This document shows, one piece after another, positions 24,252-32,000 of a DNA stretch of 32,000 bases. A model generated the notes under the pieces. That model was not told where the DNA came from, did no database searches, and was given only the letters and a program-made list of their open reading frames with translations. Source of the DNA: Allobaculum fili (GTDB lineage: Bacteria; Bacillota_I; Bacilli_A; Erysipelotrichales; Erysipelotrichaceae); assembly GCF_020969955.1 (NCBI RefSeq), contig NZ_JAHDSX010000025.1:1-32000 (forward strand), given 5' to 3'. Position 1 is the first letter of the stretch, and each line of letters opens with the position of its first letter. The position numbers were made by a program, and so were the translations under genes.

Positions 24252-25897
24252 ACCTGTTTGTCATTGCCTACGTACTTGGACAGGTGTGCAAGTTTGAAGC
24301 GGGCTTCATGCTTCTGCCCATGGTCTGCGCCCTGTGCTACAGCGAATATTCCATCGCGCTCATTTTCTTTCTGTGCGCCCTGCTGTGTCTGACGGTCGGC
24401 TTTTTCCTGACGCTTAAAAAGCCGGAACACATGCGCATACGGCCGAAGGAAGCCATGGCGGCAACCGCCCTTTCCTGGGTCGTGATTTCCGTTCTGGGCT
24501 GTCTGCCCTTCATGATCTCGGGCGAGATTCCCCGGTTTGCGGACGCGTTTTTTGAAACGGTCTCCGGGTTTACCACCACGGGATCGAGCATTTTAAGCGA
24601 TATCGACGCGATGTCCTGCGGCAGCCGCTTCTGGCGTTCGTTTACGCACTGGATCGGCGGCATGGGCGTTCTCGTCTTTGTGCTGGCCATTCTGCCTTCG
24701 ACGAGCAGCACGTTCATGAACCTGATGGTTGCCGAATCGCCGGGTCCCTCGGTGTCCAAGCTGGTGCCGAAAGTCCGGCAGACAGCCAAGTATCTGTACA
24801 CCATTTATCTGACGATGACGATCGTACAGATCGTTTTGCTTCTGCTTGCGGGCATGCCGCTGTTCGATTCGATCACCCTGACGATGGGAACGGCCGGAAC
24901 GGGCGGCTTCAGTGTGCGCAGCAGCGGATTTGCGGACTATACGATGCTCCAGCAGGGAATTATCGCGGTGTTCATGGTTCTGTTTGGCATCAACTTCAGC
25001 TTTTATTTCCTGATTGTCCGGAAAAAATTCAAAGCGGCCGTTTCCATGGAAGAAGTTCTGACGTATCTGGCGATCATCCTCGCGGTCGTGCTGCTCATCG
25101 TGACATCGGTATGGTGGATGTTCCCAAATCTGTTTGAAGCGTTCCATCACGTCTTCTTTACCGTCTCGTCGATCATTACGACGACCGGCTACGCCACGGT
25201 CGATTTCAACCAGTGGACCTCGTTTGCGAAAACGCTCGTCGTTCTGATCATGTTCATCGGCGCCTGCGCCGGATCGACGGGCGGCGGCATTAAGGTCTCC
25301 CGCATTAACGTCATGTTCAAGGGCATTAAAAAGGAACTGCAGATGCTTCTGCATCCCGGCCTGGTGCGCAAGGTCAAAATGGATGGCAAGCCGATCCCGC
25401 ACGAAACGGTTCGTTCCATCAACGTGTTCATCGCCATTTATCTGGTGACGTTTGTCGTGTGCCTCGTTCTTGTAACGCTCGACGGCAAGGATCTCGTGAC
25501 CAGTTTCACCGCGGTAGCCGCTACGCTCAACAATATCGGTCCGGGTCTAGGCGAAGTCGGTCCGATGGGCAATTTTGGCGCGTTCTCGGATTTTTCCAAG
25601 TATGTCCTGAGCTTTGCGATGCTGGCCGGGCGTCTTGAACTCATTCCGCTGCTTCTGCTGCTCATCCCGCAGATGTGGGAAGGCACGATCAAGCTGACCC
25701 GCCGCATTCGCACACAGTCCTCACGCGCGAAAAACCAGGGCTTTCAGCGCGAACCGTCCAGCCCCGAAAAAAGGCTGCGTCCAAAACCGGAGCCCCGGCG
25801 AAAACCGAAAGATCCGGATTTCGAACCGAGTCCGGCGCTTGCACGAAAACAGAGGCCAAGGCGCCTGCGCCTGCTGACCCAGACCTCGCTGGAATGA
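24248..25897 (+). CDS. trkH: TrkH-family potassium transporter with an unusual ~65-aa basic/Pro-rich C-terminal extension
   Basis: The start overlaps the trkA stop. The protein is polytopic, with selectivity-filter-like motifs (SGFTTTG, MGTAGTGG, TTTGYAT, GGSTGGGIK). After the last TM segment (LELIPLLLLLIPQMWEG) a tail rich in R/K/P continues to 25897. Confidence 0.88.
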   Translation: MNLFVIAYVLGQVCKFEAGFMLLPMVCALCYSEYSIALIFFLCALLCLTVGFFLTLKKPEHMRIRPKEAMAATALSWVVISVLGCLPFMISGEIPRFADAFFETVSGFTTTGSSILSDIDAMSCGSRFWRSFTHWIGGMGVLVFVLAILPSTSSTFMNLMVAESPGPSVSKLVPKVRQTAKYLYTIYLTMTIVQIVLLLLAGMPLFDSITLTMGTAGTGGFSVRSSGFADYTMLQQGIIAVFMVLFGINFSFYFLIVRKKFKAAVSMEEVLTYLAIILAVVLLIVTSVWWMFPNLFEAFHHVFFTVSSIITTTGYATVDFNQWTSFAKTLVVLIMFIGACAGSTGGGIKVSRINVMFKGIKKELQMLLHPGLVRKVKMDGKPIPHETVRSINVFIAIYLVTFVVCLVLVTLDGKDLVTSFTAVAATLNNIGPGLGEVGPMGNFGAFSDFSKYVLSFAMLAGRLELIPLLLLLIPQMWEGTIKLTRRIRTQSSRAKNQGFQREPSSPEKRLRPKPEPRRKPKDPDFEPSPALARKQRPRRLRLLTQTSLE

Positions 25898-26007
25898 GTA
25901 CGGGCCAGAACGGAAAAATGGTTTCTTTCTGGCTGTAAGGACGGCTTAGAAAAACGGAGCGGAAAAGTACAGATTTTTCGCACAATGAAATTTACGCAAA
26001 GAAAAAA

Positions 26008-26048
26008 CAGTCCAGGAGCGATTTCGCTTGGAAATCGCTCCTGGACTG
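26008..26048 (-). terminator. 18-bp perfect hairpin whose U-tract lies on the minus strand
   Basis: CAGTCCAGGAGCGATTTC (26008-26025), loop GCTTG, GAAATCGCTCCTGGACTG (26031-26048). On the plus strand it is preceded by GAAAAAA, which reads TTTTTTC after the stem on the minus strand. It is followed by TCTGCGTCTT, a poor U-tract. It may still stop trkH read-through. Confidence 0.55.
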
Positions 26049-26316
26049 TCTGCGTCTTAAGTGTTCAGGATTGGCAGATCCTTTGGAAAAGTCGGGCGTT
26101 TTGCGGGCGCTCTGTTCGATTTTTCGGGTATGGACCTTCAGAATAAAGGGAAGTACAGATTCGCAACAGTGCGAAAATACGAAAAAAGTAAGAAAAGCGG
26201 ACGATTTCAGGGGCCGCTAAGGGGGCGCGTGCGCTCAAAAAAGGAGGGGTTTCGACTGGTATTAGCATTAAAACTGCCAGAATGCAAGAATTTTCAGAAT
26301 AAAAAAGAACAATCGA

Positions 26317-26345
26317 TTGATAGGCTGGCAAGCTAATAATATTAT
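26317..26345 (+). promoter_or_regulatory. candidate sigma-A promoter for rpoBC
   Basis: TTGATA (26317-26322), a 17-nt spacer, then TATTAT (26340-26345), about 75 nt upstream of the rpoB start. This is a pattern match only, in an AT-rich region. Confidence 0.35.
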
Positions 26346-26418
26346 AGTAAATTGCTAAATAGTCAATAAACCGAGGGTTTTTGACTGTTTTTGAAATTCA
26401 GAAGAAAGGATCGTGCGC

Positions 26419-29400
26419 ATGGACAGCAATAAACCATACCAAATCGTTCCGGAAGGAAAAAAAGCATTCCGTCGGGACTATTCCAAAGTATCCGGCAAGC
26501 TCGAACTTCCAAACCTCGTAGAAATTCAGACCAACTCGTTTGAATGGTTCAAAAAATACGGAATCCAGGAAGTATTCGAAGAAATCTTCCCGATCGAGAA
26601 CCACGGCAGAAATATCAAACTTAAATACAAAGGCTTCCACTTCGAACCTCCAAAATGTTCCGCGCAGAAAGCCATGGAGCGTGAGTGCAACTACGCTTCA
26701 CGCTTAGATGTTGACATGGAACTTGAAATTGTCAATGAGAACGGAGAAGTCATCACCAAGCAGGAAAAAGTCTTCCTTGGCGATTTCCCGATGATGACTG
26801 AAACCGGTACCTTCATTATCAATGGAGCGGAGCGTGTCATCGTCAGCCAGATCGTTCGTTCTCCAGGCGCCTATTTTTCCGAAAGCTTTGACAGCAAAAC
26901 TGGAAAACAGAACTACGCCAGTGAACTCATCCCGAGCCGGGGAACCTGGCTCGAGTTCATGACGGAGCAGAAGAAGAACACCAACGGACGAGCCATTATG
27001 ACATCGATCGACAGCAGCCGCAAAATGCTGTCTACCATCTTCTTTAAAGCACTGGGCATGTCCTTCTCCCTGGAAAAAGGAGACGACACCCAGGATACGA
27101 CTGCACTCGATACCTTCATGAAGGCGATCGACAAGCAGGCTAAGGATCCGATTCAGGATGAAACCCATCGCGAATACATGGATCAGTATCTGATGCTGTT
27201 CAACGGTTTCTTCGGCAAGTCGGAAGAAATCGAAAACACCCTCCTGGCTGACAAAGTCATGACCACTGAAGAAGCGCTGCTTTCCTTCTACGGCAACCAG
27301 CGCTCCGACGAAATCCCGACTCTGGACGGATCCATCACGCTGATGCAGAACAAGCTGTTCGATCCGCGCCGCTACGATCTGACCAAAGCCGGACGCTACA
27401 AACTCGGCAAGAAACTTTCCGCCGTCTCCCGTACGATGAACAACACCCTCGCCCAGGACATCCTGGATGTTAACGGAGACGTCGTTTACCCCAAAGGCAC
27501 CCATGTGACCCGCGATATCCGCAACCGTCTGCGTGAAGAACTCGCCAAGGGTACCTACATGAACCCGTTCCCCTTCAAGCCGGAATTCCTTGAAGCGGAC
27601 ATCGTGACCATTCCGGCCAGCTACCGGACCGGTCTCATCGGCCGTGTCCTGGCCGAAGACATCACCATCGACGAAGAGCTGTTCGAACGCGGACAGGTTC
27701 TTTCTGAAGAAGATGTCGCTAAAATCGTTGAGCACGGCAAGGACGTCAGGATTTACGCCGGTCTGATCGCCAGACCCGTTATCCTGAGTGAAGAAAACTT
27801 TGATCCGGTTCTCAACTACGGTCAGCGTCTGTACACTCTCGGCCGTCTGACCAACGCAAAAGGTCAGGATCTCGTCAACTCCGATCTCGACCTCATTGCC
27901 GGCCGCTATGAAATCGGCGTTACCCCAGAACGCTTAAGTGATGCCGCCGTCTTCGATCTGAAGACCCGCATGAACGACGAAACCGTCACCGCCTGGCTGA
28001 TCGGTGCCGCCGTACAGGAATTCGACATTGAAGACAAGAACGGCGTTCGCCGTCACATTATCGGCAACGACCCGTTTGCTCAGATTCACACGATCACCAT
28101 TCCGGATATTTATGCCTTCTTCGACTACAACCTGAGCGTTATGGAAGGCATCGGCGAAACCGACGACATCGATATGCTCGGCAACCGTCGTATCCGTTCC
28201 GTCGGCGAACTCATCCAGAACCAGTTCCGTATCGGTCTTTCCCGTATGGAACGCGTGGTTAAGGAAAGAATGTCGATTCAGGAAGCCAAGAGCATTACCC
28301 CGAAGAAGCTGACCAACGTCCGCCCGCTGACCGCTGCCATTAAGGAATTTTTCTCTTCCTCGCAGCTGTCGCAGTTCATGGACCAGCAGAACCCGCTGGC
28401 TGAGCTGACCAACAAGCGCCGTATTTCCGCGCTGGGCCCAGGCGGTCTGACCCGTGATCGTGCCGGCTTCGAAGTTCGAGACGTTCACTCGTCTCACTAT
28501 GGCCGAATCTGCCCGATTGAGACCCCTGAAGGTCCGAACATCGGTCTGATTTCCAACCTCACTACCTATGCAAAAATCAACGAGTACGGCTTCATTCAGA
28601 CTCCGTACCGTGTTGTAAACAAGGATGGAACCGTTTCGGAAGAAGCGCGTTATCTGTCCGCGGATGAAGAAGCGGATTACGTTATCGCTCAGGCGAACGA
28701 AGTGCGCGACGGCCGTCTGATTCACGACCGTGTCGTAGCCCGTAAAGGCGGCGAAACGATTATCGCCGACCGCGCCGATGTCGAACTCGCCGACGTATCC
28801 CCAAAACAGATCGTTTCGGTAGCGACCGCCTGCGTACCGTTCCTCGAAAACGATGACGCATCCCGAGCCCTGATGGGTGCGAACATGCAGCGTCAGGCCG
28901 TACCTCTGCTTTCTCCGCATTCCCCGTACGTCGGAACCGGTATCGAATACAAGATTGCCAAAGACTCCGGCGTCGGCATCATCGCCAAGGAAGACGGCGT
29001 AATTACGTATGTCGACTCCCTGCGAATCGTAAACACCGATGCAAACGGCGTGGAACATACGTATCACCTGCGCAAGTTCAGCCGTTCCAACGCATCGACC
29101 TGCATTAACCAGAAACCGATTGTCAAAGTCGGTGAAGAAGTCGAAAAAGGCGACATCCTTGCCGATGGACCGTCCATGGAAAACGGCGAGCTGGCTCTGG
29201 GTCAGAACGTAACGATCGCGTACATGACCTGGTACGGCTACAACTATGAGGATGCCATCATCATGTCCGAGAGAATGGTCAGCGACGATGTCTACACGTC
29301 CATCCATCTTGAGGAATACGATATCGACTGCCGCGAAACCAAGCTTGGACCGGAAGAAATCACCCGCGACATTCCAAGCGTATCCGAAGCCGCCATTAAG

Positions 29401-30672
29401 AAGCTGGACGAAAACGGCGTCATCATGGTCGGCAGCGAAGTGCACGAAAACGATATCCTTGTCGGAAAGGTAACCCCGAAAGGCCAGTCTGAATCTTCTC
29501 CGGAAGAAAAGCTGCTCCTGGCGATCTTCGGCGAGAAGTCCCGCGAAGTGCGCGACAACTCCCTGAAAGTACCGCACGGCGGTGCCGGCATCGTGCATTC
29601 CACCAAGGTGTTCAAACGAGGAGAAGAAGGCGTGGATCTGCCGCCTGGAGTTATCAAGCGCGTCAAGGTCTACATTGCTCAGAAACGTAAGATTTCCGAA
29701 GGCGACAAAATGTCCGGCCGTCACGGTAACAAGGGTGTTATTTCCAAGATCCTGCCGATCGAAGACATGCCGTTCATGCAGGACGGCCGTCCAATCGACA
29801 TCATCCTGAACCCGTTCGGCGTACCTTCCCGTATGAACATCGGTCAGATTCTTGAGATTCACCTCGGCTATGCCGCCAAGAAACTGAACCAGAAATTTGC
29901 GACGTCCGTATTTGACGGTCTTTCCAACGAAGATCTGGCGGATGTCATGAAAGAAGCCCAGATGACTTTCGATGGAAAACAGGTTCTGTACGACGGTCAG
30001 ACGGGTCTCCCCTTTGATGAACGTATCTCGGTCGGCGTCATGTACATGATCAAGCTTGCCCACATGGTTGACGACAAGCTGCATGCCCGTGCCACCGGTC
30101 CGTATTCCACCATCACCCAGCAGCCTCTTGGCGGTAAAGCACAGAACGGCGGCCAGCGTTTCGGTGAGATGGAGGTATGGGCTCTTGAAGCTTATGGCGC
30201 CAGCCATACGCTGCAGGAAATCCTGACCATCAAATCCGACGACATCACCGGCCGTATCCAGACGTACGAAGCCATCACCAAGGGCCAGGATATCCCGGAA
30301 CCTGGCGTTCCGGAATCCTTCCGCGTACTGATCAACGAACTTCAGGGTCTTGCCATCGACGTCAAACTGTTCGATGACGACGGCAACGAAGTTTCTCTGA
30401 ACGCTTCGAGCGCGAAACCTGGTCAGAAATACGTGGAAGATGACAATGCAAAAATCGACATCATTCAGGATGCTGAAATTGTCGATGACGGCAAAGCCGA
30501 TGCAGAAGTCAGCGATTCCCCTCTTGAAAACGATCTCGATCCGAATGCTGTAGCCCAAGCGCTCGAAGGCACGACCTACGCAGGCGACGATACAGAAGAT
30601 GTCCAGAGCGAGCTCGACCAGGAGGAAGATGAAACCAAAGAACTGGAGGGCGAACTTCTCGAATGTCAGTAA
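26419..30672 (+). CDS. rpoB: DNA-directed RNA polymerase subunit beta
   Basis: The product carries canonical beta-subunit blocks: [87 protein letters not shown] and [18 protein letters not shown]. The start was chosen at ATG 26419, 8 nt after AAAGGA; the track uses GTG 26413. Confidence 0.97.
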   Translation: MDSNKPYQIVPEGKKAFRRDYSKVSGKLELPNLVEIQTNSFEWFKKYGIQEVFEEIFPIENHGRNIKLKYKGFHFEPPKCSAQKAMERECNYASRLDVDMELEIVNENGEVITKQEKVFLGDFPMMTETGTFIINGAERVIVSQIVRSPGAYFSESFDSKTGKQNYASELIPSRGTWLEFMTEQKKNTNGRAIMTSIDSSRKMLSTIFFKALGMSFSLEKGDDTQDTTALDTFMKAIDKQAKDPIQDETHREYMDQYLMLFNGFFGKSEEIENTLLADKVMTTEEALLSFYGNQRSDEIPTLDGSITLMQNKLFDPRRYDLTKAGRYKLGKKLSAVSRTMNNTLAQDILDVNGDVVYPKGTHVTRDIRNRLREELAKGTYMNPFPFKPEFLEADIVTIPASYRTGLIGRVLAEDITIDEELFERGQVLSEEDVAKIVEHGKDVRIYAGLIARPVILSEENFDPVLNYGQRLYTLGRLTNAKGQDLVNSDLDLIAGRYEIGVTPERLSDAAVFDLKTRMNDETVTAWLIGAAVQEFDIEDKNGVRRHIIGNDPFAQIHTITIPDIYAFFDYNLSVMEGIGETDDIDMLGNRRIRSVGELIQNQFRIGLSRMERVVKERMSIQEAKSITPKKLTNVRPLTAAIKEFFSSSQLSQFMDQQNPLAELTNKRRISALGPGGLTRDRAGFEVRDVHSSHYGRICPIETPEGPNIGLISNLTTYAKINEYGFIQTPYRVVNKDGTVSEEARYLSADEEADYVIAQANEVRDGRLIHDRVVARKGGETIIADRADVELADVSPKQIVSVATACVPFLENDDASRALMGANMQRQAVPLLSPHSPYVGTGIEYKIAKDSGVGIIAKEDGVITYVDSLRIVNTDANGVEHTYHLRKFSRSNASTCINQKPIVKVGEEVEKGDILADGPSMENGELALGQNVTIAYMTWYGYNYEDAIIMSERMVSDDVYTSIHLEEYDIDCRETKLGPEEITRDIPSVSEAAIKKLDENGVIMVGSEVHENDILVGKVTPKGQSESSPEEKLLLAIFGEKSREVRDNSLKVPHGGAGIVHSTKVFKRGEEGVDLPPGVIKRVKVYIAQKRKISEGDKMSGRHGNKGVISKILPIEDMPFMQDGRPIDIILNPFGVPSRMNIGQILEIHLGYAAKKLNQKFATSVFDGLSNEDLADVMKEAQMTFDGKQVLYDGQTGLPFDERISVGVMYMIKLAHMVDDKLHARATGPYSTITQQPLGGKAQNGGQRFGEMEVWALEAYGASHTLQEILTIKSDDITGRIQTYEAITKGQDIPEPGVPESFRVLINELQGLAIDVKLFDDDGNEVSLNASSAKPGQKYVEDDNAKIDIIQDAEIVDDGKADAEVSDSPLENDLDPNAVAQALEGTTYAGDDTEDVQSELDQEEDETKELEGELLECQ

Positions 30673-32000
30673 ACAATTTTTCCTCGATTCAGGTACAGCT
30701 TGCTTCTCCGGAAACCATTGAAAAATGGTCCCACGGTGAAGTAACCAAACCTGAAACGATCAACTACCGCTCGCAGAAAGCAGAACGTGACGGCCTGTTC
30801 TGCGAACGCATTTTCGGCCCGACCAAGGACTACGAATGCTTCTGCGGCAAATATAAAAAAGTCCGTCACTACAACGGAATGGTCTGCGAACGCTGCGGCG
30901 TTGAAATCACGCAGTCCAAAGTCCGCCGCGAGAGGATGGGCCACATTCATCTGGCCGCTCCGGTCGCACACATCTGGTATCTGCGCGGAATTCCTTCCCG
31001 CATGGCCCTGCTTCTGGATCTGACACCGAAGCAGCTTGAAGAAGTTGTATACTTCGTCAGCTATATCGTTACCGATCCAATGGACAGCGACCTGTCCTAC
31101 AAGCAGGTTCTCGCTGAAAAGGAATACCGTGAAAAGCTCGCACAGTACGGACCTGGCGGATTCAAGGCCAAGACCGGTGCGGAAGCCGTTCTGGAACTGC
31201 TGCAGAATGTCGATCTCGAAGCTGAGTACACGAAAGTGACTTCGCAGCTCGAAGATGCGGCCGACGGCAGTGAAAAGCGCAAGAAACTGATCAAGCGCCT
31301 GGATACCATCAACGCGTTCCGTCATTCCAACAACAAGCCGGAATGGATGATTCTTCAGAACATCCCGGTTATTCCGCCTGATCTGCGTCCTATGCTGCAG
31401 CTGGACGGCGGCCGCTTCGCGACCAGTGACCTGAATGACCTGTACCGCCGCGTCATCACCCGTAACAACCGTCTGAAACGTCTGCTCGATCTCGGTACGC
31501 CGAACATCATCGTGCAGAACGAAAAGCGTATGCTGCAGGAAGCTGTCGATGCTCTGATCGATAACGGACGCCGTTCCAAGGCGATCACCGGTGCCGGCAA
31601 CCGTGCGCTGAAATCGCTGTCTCACTCCCTGAAAGGTAAACAGGGACGTTTCCGTCAGAACCTGCTCGGCAAGCGTGTAGACTTCTCCGGACGTTCCGTA
31701 ATCGCGGTAGGACCGGACCTGAAAATGTACCAGTGCGGTATTCCGCGTGAAATGGCGATCAACCTGTTCAAGCCGTTCGTTATTAACGAAATCACCGCTT
31801 CCGGCGCCATCCCTGGCATCAACAACCCGAAACAGGCTGAAAAACTGATCGAAGCCCGTGACGAAAGAATCTGGCCGATCGTTGAAAAAGTTATCGAAGG
31901 CTATCCTGTACTGCTCAACCGTGCGCCTACGCTGCACCGTCTGGGTATCCAGGCCTTCCTTCCAAAACTGGTTGAAGGACGCGCCATGCGTCTGCACCCG
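30663..32000 (+). CDS. rpoC: DNA-directed RNA polymerase subunit beta' (5' part; continues beyond the window)
   Basis: The frame from ATG 30663 reads [66 protein letters not shown]...CERCGVEIT, which includes the beta-prime zinc motif. It stays open to the window end, so it is absent from the ORF track. It overlaps the end of rpoB by 10 nt. Confidence 0.95.
   Translation, partial: MSVNNFSSIQVQLASPETIEKWSHGEVTKPETINYRSQKAERDGLFCERIFGPTKDYECFCGKYKKVRHYNGMVCERCGVEITQSKVRRERMGHIHLAAPVAHIWYLRGIPSRMALLLDLTPKQLEEVVYFVSYIVTDPMDSDLSYKQVLAEKEYREKLAQYGPGGFKAKTGAEAVLELLQNVDLEAEYTKVTSQLEDAADGSEKRKKLIKRLDTINAFRHSNNKPEWMILQNIPVIPPDLRPMLQLDGGRFATSDLNDLYRRVITRNNRLKRLLDLGTPNIIVQNEKRMLQEAVDALIDNGRRSKAITGAGNRALKSLSHSLKGKQGRFRQNLLGKRVDFSGRSVIAVGPDLKMYQCGIPREMAINLFKPFVINEITASGAIPGINNPKQAEKLIEARDERIWPIVEKVIEGYPVLLNRAPTLHRLGIQAFLPKLVEGRAMRLHP

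Noticed and set aside
27934-30558. Very long antisense ORFs. They include 874 aa opposite rpoB, 30666..31997 opposite rpoC, 18504..20054 opposite the GH13 gene, and 1826..2899 opposite the NlpC/P60 gene. The antisense ORFs across the liv and trk genes are of the same kind.
   Set aside because: Each lies exactly opposite a gene with unmistakable conserved motifs. Their translations are Arg/Gly/Val-rich with no recognisable motifs and no RBS. These are typical shadow ORFs arising from codon bias.

Overview
The window looks like a chromosomal segment from a low-GC Gram-positive (Bacillota-type) bacterium. Supporting signs are strong GGAGG-type ribosome-binding sites, LAGC lipoboxes, DUF951 next to ychF, and overlapping, translationally coupled genes. 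Almost everything is on the + strand.

Core content, in order:
- a frameshifted nitroreductase
- an NlpC/P60 wall hydrolase
- ispF-dtd-folD-DUF951-ychF
- an M50 site-2 protease
- a livJHMGF-type branched-chain amino-acid ABC transporter
- a CBS+ACT protein
- a cytoplasmic GH13 alpha-amylase-family enzyme
- a convergent pair on the minus strand (SMI1/KNR4 immunity-like protein and a lipoprotein)
- a DUF3783-like protein
- trkA-trkH
- rpoB, then the 5' part of rpoC; rpoC is missing from the ORF track because it runs off the window

No rRNA, tRNA, CRISPR array, integrase or transposase was recognised.

The most unusual region is a ~5.3-kb accessory cassette at about 7.5-12.9 kb, bounded by intrinsic terminators and sitting between core genes. 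It contains:
- (A) a zinc-ribbon / PH-like / two-TM protein whose reading frame is split by an in-frame TAG
- (B) a 99-aa protein
- (C) a 728-aa protein with an HExxH zincin-like N-domain and a ~390-aa polyacidic tail encoded by nested, near-perfect 216-bp and 72-bp tandem repeats
- (D) a VirD4/TraG-type coupling-protein-like ATPase with no transmembrane anchor and no other type IV secretion genes nearby

I flag this as the best candidate for an undescribed conflict or transport module. Its function is inference only. All family assignments come from motif recognition by eye, not from database searches.
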